64,000 nucleotides of DNA from Octopus vulgaris (GCA_951406725.2 OX597817.1:115258001-115322000); one strand, 5' to 3'; counted from the stretch's first letter, positions 1 through 11,574 are shown. Notes: generated by a model not told the origin, from the letters alone. Translations and numbers: made by a program.

Positions 1-2134
1 TGACCGGTATTTTGCGGTAATCAGGGTTTCTAATTTGTGATTTATGCACCGCCATCCTGTTACGTAAGCTATTTTTTGTATGGCCTATATACTGCCTATT
101 GCAGCCTGCGCATGTTATGACGTAAATTAAGTTTTCTGATGCGCAGGTGAAGTTTGTTCTAATGGTGAACTGGTGGCCTTGTTCCAGTATAAATTCTGAT
201 CCTTCTTTCAAGATGACACAGATTCCGCAGTTGGGCCTTCCACATTTTCTAACTGCTGGTTTTGTGGTTGATGTTGAGTGCAGTGTAGCTTGGGTTAAAA
301 TCCTTTTCAAGGATTTTGGTTGCCGTTTACTTTTAATGATGGTGTGTGTTTCGAGGATCCGGTTCATCTTTGGGTCTCCCTTTAGTAGGGCTGTGCTTTG
401 TAGTATGGTGTTGAAGGCCTCATTGTTGAGTGGGTTGTGTGTAGAGATGTAGGGAAGGGTTTTTAATTGTTCTTTCTTTTTTGGTTTTGTTTCTCTCAGG
501 TCTTCTATACTTAATTTAAGTACCCGTTGGATTGCACTGTCTATTAGGGGCTGTGGATAGTTTCTATTTGTGAGTGTGGTTCTAAGTTCCTGGAGACGTG
601 TGTGTCGGGTGTTTGTGTCTGATATTATGGTGCAAATCCTTCTAGCTAAACAAAAAGGGACATTCATTCTAGTGTGTCGTGGGTGGCATGAATCAAAGGG
701 TAGGTACTGTTTAGAGTCTGTCGGTTTATAGTAGATATCTGTCTCTATTTTGTTGCCGGTTTTCTTAATGAGGATGTCTAAAAATGGTAATTCTTTTTCG
801 TTGTGGTCCATCGTGAATTGTATATTGTCATTTATTCCATTTAATAGTATTTTAAATTCCTCAAGTTTCTCTATACCTTTGTCCCAGATGATGAAACAGT
901 CATCGAGGTATCTTTTCCAGTTGTTATGGATATAGGTGGCGAAGGTGTTTCCATATTTCTCGAGTGTCATCCGGTATAGTATTTTCTCGAGGTATCCCAT
1001 CATTAGGTTGGCAAAAGATGGTGCAGTACGCGTGCCCATCGCTGTTCCCGATCTTTGCCTGTAGAAATCATTGTCAAAAATAAAATAATTGTTCTCTAAA
1101 ATGAATCTAAGTCCTTCTATTATAAGGTCTTTGTTTATGCGAGTTGGGAGTTCAAAGGGGTAGTTATTCAGCCAGAAGGTGATCGCTTCTATTCCTAGGT
1201 TGTGAGGGATGTTAGAATAAAGATTAACTACGTCGAATGATACTAGAAGGGTTTTCTCATTGACTGTTTTAGGGAGGTGGTTGAGCATATCTATATCGTC
1301 TCTTACGTAGCTTTTGATGTGTTTTAGGAAAGGTTTAAGAAGTGTGTCTAAGAAATTGCTGAGGCGGTGAGTTTCACATGCTGGCCCTGCTATTATCGGT
1401 CTTAGTTTAAGATCATTTGGTGAAGGGATTTTGATGAGTGTGTCGGTGGATGTTTTGCACGTTTCTCTAATGGTTTGGCTTTTGTGTACCTTAGGGATAC
1501 CATAGAACAAACTCGATTTGCATTTGAAGTTAGTGATGTATTCATACTCCTTGTTCGTGAGTCCTTCTTGGTATGTGTTGATTAATGTCCTAAGGTTATG
1601 CATTATTTTTTGCTGGTTATACTGTTGGGCCCTTTCATAATACGTTTCATCTCTTAATAGGGATAGCACTAAATTTTTATAATCGTTTGTATTCATTATT
1701 ACTATCACGTTGCCCTTATCTGCCTCCTTAATTGTTATTGTTTTGTCTTCTCTTAGTTTGATGAGGTCGTTCCATTCTCTTTTGTTGAAGTTAGGACTGT
1801 GTTTTTGTTTCTTGATGAATTGAAACGGGAAATTAGTTATGTAGTCACAATAGCGGTCTAAGGCTTTATTCTTACCTTTGGTGGGGGTGTAATTGCTCTT
1901 GTTTCTAGCTATTGAGTCCTCCTCTATTTGTTTGTCTTGAAATGCCTCGGTGAGTCTTAGTTTTCTGCAAAATTCCGAAATATCATCTTTCATTTCATAG
2001 TAATTAGAACGTTGTGGGGTGGGTGTAAATTTAAGTCCTTTGGAGAGTATGCTTATTTCGTTAGGTGTAAGTTCTTTGTCTGAGAGATTGATTATCTTAA
2101 TTACCTGAGGTTTCTTTTGTTTGTCCTTTGCCAT
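1..2134 (-). CDS. Penelope-like retroelement pol ORF (reverse transcriptase + Cys-rich linker + GIY-YIG endonuclease), Naiad/Neptune-like; 3' end runs off the window
   Basis: Hand translation of the minus strand from ATG 2134 has no stop down to position 2 (711 codons): MAKDKQKKPQVIKIINLSDKELT..LSKGLKFTPTP; IKEADKGN (DKG motif); LFYGIPKVHK; LRPIIAG; LVSFDVVNLYSNIPH; QRSGTAMGTRTAPSFANL; WKRYLDDCF; LPFLDI; DIYYKPTD; SCHPRH; linker KCGRPNCGIC; endonuclease NFTCASENLIYVITCAGCNRQYIGHTKNSLRNRMAVH. Confidence 0.96.
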   Translation of the reverse strand, partial: MAKDKQKKPQVIKIINLSDKELTPNEISILSKGLKFTPTPQRSNYYEMKDDISEFCRKLRLTEAFQDKQIEEDSIARNKSNYTPTKGKNKALDRYCDYITNFPFQFIKKQKHSPNFNKREWNDLIKLREDKTITIKEADKGNVIVIMNTNDYKNLVLSLLRDETYYERAQQYNQQKIMHNLRTLINTYQEGLTNKEYEYITNFKCKSSLFYGIPKVHKSQTIRETCKTSTDTLIKIPSPNDLKLRPIIAGPACETHRLSNFLDTLLKPFLKHIKSYVRDDIDMLNHLPKTVNEKTLLVSFDVVNLYSNIPHNLGIEAITFWLNNYPFELPTRINKDLIIEGLRFILENNYFIFDNDFYRQRSGTAMGTRTAPSFANLMMGYLEKILYRMTLEKYGNTFATYIHNNWKRYLDDCFIIWDKGIEKLEEFKILLNGINDNIQFTMDHNEKELPFLDILIKKTGNKIETDIYYKPTDSKQYLPFDSCHPRHTRMNVPFCLARRICTIISDTNTRHTRLQELRTTLTNRNYPQPLIDSAIQRVLKLSIEDLRETKPKKKEQLKTLPYISTHNPLNNEAFNTILQSTALLKGDPKMNRILETHTIIKSKRQPKSLKRILTQATLHSTSTTKPAVRKCGRPNCGICVILKEGSEFILEQGHQFTIRTNFTCASENLIYVITCAGCNRQYIGHTKNSLRNRMAVHKSQIRNPDYRKIPV

Positions 2135-3212
2135 CGTGTGTCCCTGTTCCTGTGTGTGGGGTCTAAAAAATGGTTGGTGTTGTTATGTTCAAAGCTATTA
2201 TTTATCTGTCTCATGTTGTTATAATTGTCAGAGTGAGTTTGTGGTGCTCCGTTCTGGAGTCTGTTGTTGAACCTAGTGTTCCGTCTTAGTTCCTCAGGTA
2301 TATTGTGTTGGTAGTTGTTTCCTCCGTAGTGCATTTGTTGTTTGTTATGGTTGTATGGTTGGTTCTTGGGGTGGATGTTTGGTAGTAGCGTTTTGGTTTG
2401 GTTATGTGGGTTGTATTTTATAGTATTGTATGTTGTGGCTCTTAGGTTCGTGGAATGGTGTGGTGGGACCCTATAAGTGTTTTGGGGTTGGTGTAGGTAG
2501 TGTGGGGTGTGTTTTAGGTGTACTTTTCTGGTGTAGAGTGTGGTAGGATTTCTTGGTGGTTGTTCCGTTCTGTTGGTATTTGGTTTTGATTTGCTTAATT
2601 TTATGAAGGGGTTGTTGGATATGTGTTCATTTTTTAAGTTGGTTTCATAATCTAGAAACCAGATGGCGCTCTTTTCCCATCGTTGGAGGGACTTAAGTTC
2701 CTCTTTTTCACATTCTTCATTCCATAGTGCTGGTAATGTTTCAGTATTGTTGTCGTCTATTAGTTTGATGACTTCTTCGTTGATTTCCTCGTCTATGGTT
2801 TTTACTTTTTCTTCATTCGTTTTAGCTCTCAGCTTAAGTAGTTCTATTTCCATCTTCATTTTTTCTAATGAAATTTTTTCTCTAAGTTTTCTTTGTTCTT
2901 CTGGTTCTTCCGAGATGGGTTTGATTTGTAATTTACGGGGTATGACTAGGGGTGTTGAGTCTAGCCATTTTTGGTAAATCTCTGCTTTATTCTGATTTTG
3001 TATCATTTTCCAAAAAGCGAATTTTCTGTTTCGCTGTAGTGTTCTCCATTGGGGGAGGACTTGGTTCTTTATTTGTAATGTTGAAGTTGCTCGGTTCTTC
3101 TCATGTGTTCCTTCTTTTTGTTGCTCTTGTTTCGTAAAGTTTGTGAAGAATGTCGTCATTGTATCGCATAGATTTTCAACTTTCTCGAATATTTCGGAGG
3201 GTGTGTTAATAT
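2101..3212 (-). CDS. Upstream ORF1 of the PLE: charged/coiled-coil N-terminal half, N/Q/H/P-rich low-complexity C-terminal half; probably 5'-truncated at a (TA)n junction
   Basis: ORF-track 2101..3372. The part beyond ~3212 is read-through of (TA)n (IYIYIY) and unrelated flank. First internal Met at 3159 (353 codons including stop). E/K-rich helical segment EEQRKLREKISLEKMKMEIELLKLRAKTNEEKVKTIDEEI. Same A/C-rich strand bias as pol, and overlaps the pol frame by 82 nt. Confidence 0.75.
2164..2170 (-). promoter_or_regulatory. Candidate -1 ribosomal frameshift slippery heptamer U-UUU-UUA
   Basis: Minus strand reads aac caT TTT TTA gac in the ORF1 frame (X XXY YYZ phasing). The pol frame is the -1 frame and is open from 2182, just upstream of the heptamer. 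Confidence 0.5.
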
Positions 3213-3234
3213 GTATATATATATATATATATAT

Positions 3235-4113
3235 TAGAAATAGACAAATACGAGTCCCCAGTACTAGACAGATTCCACGGGGCGGACACATAAACAGATG
3301 TAAAAAAATAAGTTCCCCAAATTCCAGGTTTTCAACTTTACCTATGTTCAACGAATACCATAGATGAAGCACGGCTAAACAAAGAAAATACTTTCATACA
3401 AAAGTACAAACCAAATCTTAACAAGCTTTAAAAGATTTTATACAAAAATAGCTATTCACACACAAAATTCATTCTGCCACTTAATTGAAGGAACCTACAC
3501 ACCTAACAACCTATGCTTTAGATACTGGACTACATTAAAACGACTCCTTCCACTTTCACACCAGACAGTTTAAATTTGGAGTACCTTGATTATAACTAAA
3601 CATGTTCACCCAATCGTGTCAGCCTTCTTTTTAGGCGCAAAATATACTGTCACGTGACACTAACGCACGGACGTAGCGCGAAGCGTACAAAAGGTTATAA
3701 ACTTAATCATGTGTTCATTCTCTACCAACACTTGATAGAATATATTCGGAGCATTGATTGTTTGTACATGTTCAGTCAACAGTGTCAGCCTTAACTTACG
3801 ACGCCAAACATTGTCATTTCATACTGACATACGGACGTAGCGGGGAGCCTACACAAATTTCTATGGCCAGTCACGTGACTATCCTCTCTCAAGAAAATCC
3901 CATTCAAAACGTATACTAATTTGAACCATGGAATCCTATAAAAATAGGGCAAGCTTCAAACACTGGTCAGAAGACAGCTGCGACATAAGCCACGTTTTTC
4001 AATTTGGACTTTTTGAAAATATGCGTAAACTGTGAAACCGGTTAAACTTTTAAATGATATTTTAACTATTCTCGATGCATTTTCAACGTCTACTCCCCAC
4101 CCCACAACTATAT
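3235..4113 (+). mobile_element. Degenerate 3' end of a second, related PLE (GIY-YIG C-terminus + 3' UTR/pLTR), head-to-head with the intact element
   Basis: Frameshifted translation RQIRVPSTRQIPRGGHINRCKK..KFPKFQVF..LCSTNTIDEARLNKENTFIQKYKPNLNKL* (stop ~3430), similar to KSQIRNPDYRKIPV in the intact copy. UTR has a diverged repeat (gtgtcagcctt...acggacgtagcg at ~3616 and ~3783) and an HHR-like motif at ~4002-4055. Confidence 0.75.
4002..4055 (+). ncRNA. Degenerate type I hammerhead ribozyme, U3-A8 core variant
   Basis: atttggacttt-TTGAAAA-t-atgcgtaaactgt-GAAA-ccgg-TT-aaacttttaaat: palindromic minimal stem III (ccgg), weakened stems I and II. Confidence 0.5.
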
Positions 4114-6470
4114 AAACATATATGAAGAGGTACTGAATCATTCCTGGCTTAGGGTAAAAGAAAATACAAGAGGATAAGTTAATTATGATGTTATTCAACA
4201 TATTCTGCTCTGAGATTCCCACACTTATTGTAGCGGCCCTTCAGTTTTTATAAGCCTTGTAAATGAGCTCGGAAGGTTGAGCCTTGACTAGGCCTTTCGC
4301 AAAACCCCTAAAACCAAGAACTTTTCAGCACCCCGTCATAAATATATGACAATTTCTTTCTATGAAAACACTGTTTTTAAAAATGAGATTTTCATATAAG
4401 TCCATGAATTCCTTTACTGACAATGGTACAAAGAGCACAGTAAGAGTGTATTGGTATCTATATACTGTGCACCATGGAAAGCTGATATATATGGAAATGG
4501 TCAAAATATCAACAAATACATATTGGATGAATTTGCTATGCAAACACTGCAAAACTGCTGCAATTATCAAAATCAACAAGAAAAATGCATTTTAAATTTA
4601 AATTACAGACATGAGCTGTTATAGTAATTATATGAATACACATTTCGTAGTTATACAGAAATAGTTTTCCCGTACAAAGCTATAAATCTCCTACTAAGAA
4701 AGTTAACTTTATTTAAAAAACAAATAAGAATTTCATTGTTGGCAAGTGGCTACCAAAATATAAAAACAACGTTATAAGCGTCGAACCATGTAATATAAGA
4801 GATATTCAATATTTAGCCTTGCGTGAAATGAAATGTAGTTTATAGAATTTGGAATCAGTACAAAGAAGCCGTGCTGGAAAAGTTCACTGAAATTACAATA
4901 ACACAAATAACTTTTTAGAGTCAAGTTTTGTTGAGAATAAAAGAAGTCGTACATGTAACATTACTAATCGGTACGTTCAAAGATAGCAATCTGTTTGATA
5001 TTTATCCTTATAGAAATACTGTTATAGAGAATTTTAAATATATTTTCCCCCGAACATATTCTACTTTTCGGTTTTGGGTCACATCAATGTCATAGCTAAA
5101 TATGTTCTTGTTGCCAATGGAATGTCGATTTATGTATCTGCACAATAATTCTTATAGTTGTGTTGTTCATTACCATATTATTTAACTAAACATTACTTGC
5201 TTTTTTTTTGATTTTTTACGAATAACTTCTGAATTTAAAATTAATCACAATTTAGCAGGCGTTAATATATCTTACAAATAAATTTTAAATGCTTGAAATT
5301 TACTTCTATAGTTTTGTTTATTAAAAATATTTTATATTTCATGAAGAAACGCTCTTTCAGATGGAGCAATACTCATCATGTTAAGAATCTTATTCGCTAC
5401 TAAATTATAAAGTTTTTAAAAACTATTCATGAACAGTAATGCACTGGGGAATAGATAAGAAAAAGAATAATCGTTTAGAAATGTTAAGGAACAATTTTGG
5501 AATCAGATTTAGATACTCTTTTTTGATAAATATCAATTAAGCACAAACGCAAATTATTCATGCACAAATAAAAATATATCAGGAAGGGAAAAAAGAAATG
5601 CAGTACAACGCTTCTAATATTGACTATTCTAGTTGTGGAAGGTAACTGTGTTTTTTTTTATAATAGCCACTTAATTCTTTTAAAAGTGGTGTTTTGGACT
5701 AATTTATATTCAATTACTTCATTACATAAAAGATATGCTTTTATGATAATATAAAATCCATCACTAATTATATTGTATTTGTAACAATGGAATTTAATTA
5801 TTTATGAACGGTATCATAAGATCAGAAAGAGTAAACAGAAACATAAAACTCATTTTCAGAATACATAAATACATAAATATAATAAGAGAAACAATGAAAT
5901 TGTTCGGTTTATAAATCATCGCTTTGTATACGAATTATCAAATGCTCTTTAGTTTTATGCAAATAAATAAAGGAAAGCAAACAAAACATGTTTATAACAA
6001 AAAAAGAAGTTAGATGATTATCAATGGTAAAAGATCTTCCTATAAATGGTTATTTCATTTAGGCCCCGATATCAACATAGATTTATGAATGGATTTTTTT
6101 TACATGAAAATTTTGAATTGGCTATGTGAGAAAATGTTTCCTTTTAGTCATCAAAATTTACTTAAAAATGCAAAATATAATTGAATATGTTATTTTTTTT
6201 AAAGAAGTTCTGTTGAATTTTTTGGATATAAATTGGTCGTGAGCCCATCCATAAAGTCATAGAAAGATTTAGTGCAGATGTTTCCTTTCTGTGACGCCGG
6301 ATAGTTTTAGAGAAAGCTGAACAGTTGTCCCTGAATTATATAAAACGGTGAACGAAATGCAAAGAAACATATTCAATAGGCTATTGAATTGAATTTTGTT
6401 TTAATGCGTTTGTCAAAAGAGGAGAGGCAATGGCAATCACGCTTTTGATGTTCCCCTGTTACTTATAGGA

Positions 6471-6650
6471 AATATACATACGTATATACATACACATACA
6501 TACATACATACATACATAAATACATACATACATACATACATGCATACATACATACATACATACATGCATACATACACAGATACATAATACATACATACAT
6601 ACATACAAACACACACACATACACACTCACACATACGCCCACACACACAA
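6471..6650. repeat. (TACA)n/(CA)n microsatellite
   Basis: Direct inspection. Confidence 0.95.
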
Positions 6651-7299
6651 AATGTATCCATTTTCACCTTTATTGCACATATTCGTAGAAGAGTATCCAT
6701 TGTTATGTGGAATTATCTGCCAAGCAACTTGCTACGATATCGCTTAAATTTACAGCTTTGGAGCAATATAATTATGAAATACATAGATGACTTACTAAGA
6801 CAGAAGCAATACTATTCAAAGAAAAGCGAAATTATGACTTTCTTGTTTACTCGTAATCATTATTAACTTGCTCAATTGGAAATGACCACAAATGTTAACC
6901 ATATCAGATGTCATTGCCAAGAAACTGCTTTATTTATCGTGAGTCACTGGGAAAGTAAATGAAAAGTTATTAGATTTGTCTTATATGAAAGAGATTTTAA
7001 AGTTTCAGAATGTGTTTCTTCCTAAAACAAAGAAAAGATAAATGTAATGGAAAAAAATGGTGAGAAAAAATGGTGAGACAAAATGGTGAGAAAATAATGT
7101 TCCCAATTCTACAGTGGACGACACATGTTGAACAATGTCTCGCAAAAATAGTTGAACGAAATGGTGTTCCTCAACAGAAGAGGATTTGTCACTTAAAAAT
7201 TGATAATGATCCAGAATACTTACGCATGGGTGGAGTTTCTATAGTATGCGAGCGTGCGTGTATACATGTTTAAGTCAAAGACAAGATACTAAGATATGT

Positions 7300-8470
7300 C
7301 TCATATGAATGCTTCAGAGTGTCTGGTGTTATATGTATGTGTATGCTGTGTGGATATATGTAGGTATGCATCTAATTTTGTGAAGTTCTAGGTGGAACAA
7401 TGTGGGTATGTGATAGATGATGGGTCACTGGATAGAAGAGAAGGTGAGTGATAGACATTAGTAAGAAGGGAATGGTGGTTTTTGGCAAGTTTTCTGCTCA
7501 GGTAAATAATATGTAATAACATTGATACTTTTGTATATTAGAGCACATGTGCATGTGTAGTTTAAAGTGAAAGAATGTGTTCATTATGTATATGGATGTC
7601 CGTATGTGTAGTTAAGTGTACGTGAGTATTGCGGAGCAGTGTGAAGACATATTTTGTATGTTTATGCATGTGAAGACTCGTGCAGATTTGCCAACAAAAC
7701 AAAAGCACATATGCACGTGTGCGCATGTGTGATAGATAAAGGAATAAAGGATAGAAGGGAACAGGGATTGTGTGTGTGCATGGGAGAAACAGATGGATGT
7801 CGAGTACCCTGAAAACTCATATCTGTGTGTAAAGCATATGATGCTACCTATCTAAAACCATTTCAATCTATCAAATGAAATGATGTAAGATGGAACATAA
7901 GCTGTTGTTCCCTGAGTAAAAAAAAAGAAACTGCTCGACCCATGATGCATGATATCACTGAAGACAAAAAAGAAATGGAGATGGTCACGTCCGGAGGAAC
8001 TAAAATGACGATGAACTAGTTGTCTGCTGAGGTAATGTTAATTCTGGATGTTTATACAATGCTCTGTAAAAGGATAGCTTATATGATATACACCGTGCCA
8101 TCTACATTAAAAATTTATGCATCAAAAGATGCTTATTGTTGTTTCAAGTAAGAGTTAACGACAGGGAAGGAAAAGTTTGCACCATGTAAAGTGGGAATGC
8201 TTTGGATGAAGGGACAAGTGTTACAATAGGTGTCTGAGGAGGTGAATGATCCGGGTTGAGCTGGTTGTACTGGGGCATAAAAATAAACTGAAGTAGAAAG
8301 TCAGAGGGATTGCAAAATGAAGGGAAAGTGAGAAGAAATGGCTGAAACGTATCACATTGGTGTGGTAAGGCGCAGAAATATTAGGAAACAGGGTGTGTAA
8401 GGTTGTTAATGGTAGATAAGTTAATGTCTGGCCACCCTAACAGTGTTTTGAGAAGTAGTAGACTATTTGT
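7300..8470 (-). mobile_element. Highly decayed PLE RT remnant
   Basis: Broken minus-strand frames resemble PLE RT segments (LLKTLLG..LSTINN ~ LLRLAELVLTLNN; LHPKHSHFTW ~ FHPSLKFTW). Boundaries approximate. Confidence 0.3.
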
Positions 8471-10531
8471 TGATGTAGGTACCATGAGAGAAATTCTCGT
8501 ATTGGGTCTTTGGTGCAAAATTCGCATTTGTTTATATCGCTAGCAGGAAGACCGCAGTAAATTTTGTTCTAATTGAACACCTACATTTAAGTACCTCTCG
8601 GAATTAATATTGTCTCCGTTGCTAATATATATTTTTCAACAAGCTAACTAGTTAATCGCGATACCAGTGCCTGTTCTAGCACTGCCAATCAATATGTTGT
8701 TGACAGGTAGATGAATCGCTGTTGCCCCTCGCGGTCGACTGTTCATCATCGAGAAAACGAATAAAGTCGAAATCACTGATCTAGTGGTCTCAGCGCTGGA
8801 GGTAGTGGAGATTTATCTCCCTGCTACCAATATAAACAGGAGTGCCTTTTGCACCAAAAAGGCAATACGAGAGTTTCTTTCGTGGTAACTACAGAGTAAA
8901 GTTTGTTCTAATAGAACGTCCAAATTTTCACGGGGATAAATACTACATGTCGGTAAAAATACTTCCTCTATCGCTGGGGAACAATATAATGAATTCCAAT
9001 ACACCCTGCAGTGCAGAAGTGTCTCTTCATGCAGTTTCAAGGCTTAGCTAGATCATGCTGATAGTAGTCGCGTCTTAAATGCATCATCAATGTTTACGTC
9101 CCCGTAACCTAGCAGTTCGGCAAAAGAACTGATAGAATAAGTACCAGGCTTAACACAAAAATTGTGCTGGGGTTGATTCATTCGATTAAAACAAATATGT
9201 CAAGCTCCTAGTCCGTGCAGCAATTTCATCCAGCTCGTGGGACCATTTCCATATCAGCATGAAATTGGTCCAAATGGCGGCATGCTTCTTGTTACAACTA
9301 CAAATACATAGTGTGTGGCTTAAGCAGGCCATTACATTATATATAGTACTAACTGCACTACCTTTCTTACTGAGGTTGTCCCAAAAAGTAGCAATAATTT
9401 AATACACGACTAGAAACAACACCACTGTAACGGTTACACCCTGACTGTAGGAAAAAAAACTCATTAAAGAGGCATGGTAACACAGTCACAAGTCTTAACT
9501 GTAAATGCAGCAAAGCATGCTGGAAAACGCCTCCTTCGATTCTCCAATCGCGTGTTGTTAAGCGCCGATGGCGCAAAATCTACTAATCCCTAAATGCACC
9601 GCAACAGCCACCTTACCGCTCTTTCGGGTGATCATTTTCACGTGACGTCATTCAGTAGTAGTAACTATCTATATCAATGGCCAAGAGAAAAGTCGATGAT
9701 GAAAACAGAACCTTTCAAATCCAGTGGGAAACCGAGTACATGTTTACTGACATTGATTGTATACTCCTGTGTCTTAATTGTGGTGCTAATATTGCTGTAT
9801 ATGTCATCATTTTTAACACGACCACCTGACTTTTGGTGCTTCTACCGGGGTGTCATCTGTTTTAAGTAAGTAGGCTAGCTCTCTTATCTGAGCACAGATT
9901 CCTTAGTTATTCCGATTAGTCTCCGTGAGCCTGGAATGCGTCAGTGGTGTTGCCCTCCTTTCTCTGGCTAAATCATAAAGAAATGTTCTAATATATTTCA
10001 ATGAATTCTATTTTTAAAATTTCCTATGATTATATTGCTTATACGAACTATGTATGTATTCATACATAGTCAATGAGAAATATAATAACGAAACTTTAAG
10101 CATACATATATTCAACATACATAACAAGGTTAATAATTAAAACTGTCTACCCAGACTGAATGAAGAGACACGAGCAATTTGCTACATAAACCAAAATATT
10201 TAAAGACAAAAGGAAGAATGTGTGGACAGAAAAATTTGCACAAATGCTTTTTCATGTCCAACCATTCATCAAAGCTGCGCAACAACAGATCATTTAACAC
10301 AATGCTTTAACAGCAAGTGATTGTTGGATGTTCTTGGTAAATACCATTAAAGCAAAATAGAAAAGAAAAATCTCCAAATATAACAAAATATAAAAAAAAA
10401 AACTAGCTTTGATATAAGTTTCGGTACTGAGCAACAATTACTATAGCAATCGATAGTCATGTTTTATATAGCAGTCAATATTGGTTTAAAAGACATTGTT
10501 GTTGTTATTGTTGTTGTTGTTGGTGTTGGTA

Positions 10532-10535
10532 TTAT

Positions 10536-10600
<65 letters not shown>

Positions 10601-10606
10601 TTATTA

Positions 10607-10679
<73 letters not shown>

Positions 10680-10680
10680 C
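10532..10680. repeat. Compound (ACT)n(ATT)n microsatellite
   Basis: Direct inspection; explains poly-T/I/L ORFs. Confidence 0.95.
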
Positions 10681-11272
10681 GCTGTTGTTGCTGCTGCTGT
10701 TGTTATTTTATTATTGCTATTATTATTGTCGTTGTTTTCAATGCCTTCAAATAATCAATTCTACGTAAACTTACCCCACGTCGTTTTGGTATTTGTCCTT
10801 GTAATAGTTCATCCCTCACCGTGCGTATGCAGTTTTGTTCGTTAGAGATGTAGAATTTTGCTTGGAAATAACTGCTGTTTTGTCTTAGCATTTTTTAAGA
10901 CTGTAGGATATAATTTGAGGGACACTTGACTGCTATTTCTAGAATTTCAAACGTCTCCATAGAAGCTCCATCACTGGATGTTTAGAGGTGATTATATAGG
11001 TTACATCTTGCTCGCAGGAAGTATGCTATGCGAGTAACGCTATTGAGCTGAATTAATCTTGCGTAGGTCGTGGGACACGTCGAGCAGAGATCTCTTTTGG
11101 ACTACATGGAAATTTATGAACGCCAGTATAGTTTTTATACTTATGTTCATATATTTCATTGCCCGTAGAATACCAATTATTATTTATAATGGTTTTATTT
11201 CCCTGGTTCACAACATGCTTATTTAAATTTTTAAATGACTTAACACCATCACTCTTAATTTATTGGCTCTTA

Positions 11273-11480
11273 GCCTATGCTTTGCGGAGAAGGGTTCGAA
11301 AAAAATAGGTCATGTGCTATTTATCTTGATATGAGATCACCATGTCGCGCACATATGGTTGTGATGCATGTGCCTAGTGTACCCTTATCAGACGAGTAGT
11401 CATAATGGGTATACTGGGCTTCGTATATTTTACCCCAGTATTACTTTGATGACATGCACTGCTCTCTCACTCAATAATAA
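11273..11480 (+). mobile_element. 3' end of a non-LTR retroposon (RTE-type LINE or LINE-related SINE) ending in an (AAT)n tail
   Basis: ...gcactgctctctcactc followed directly by (AAT/GAT)n. Family assignment is from recall only. Confidence 0.4.
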
Positions 11481-11524
11481 TGATGATGATAATTATAATA
11501 GTAATAATAATAATAATAATAATA

Positions 11525-11574
<50 letters not shown>

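Noticed and set aside
1-2134. Selenocysteine recoding as reported for some Naiad PLEs
   Set aside because: No in-frame TGA in the 711 visible codons.
147-3367. Plus-strand ORFs overlapping the PLE (147..452, 750..935, 2663..2977, 2952..3137, 3143..3367)
   Set aside because: Antisense shadows of the RT/ORF1 frames, or a chimera across the junction.
3213-3372. N-terminal extension of ORF 2101..3372 (MLHLWYSLNIGK...IYIYIY)
   Set aside because: Read-through across (TA)n into the antisense of a different PLE fragment; not part of ORF1.
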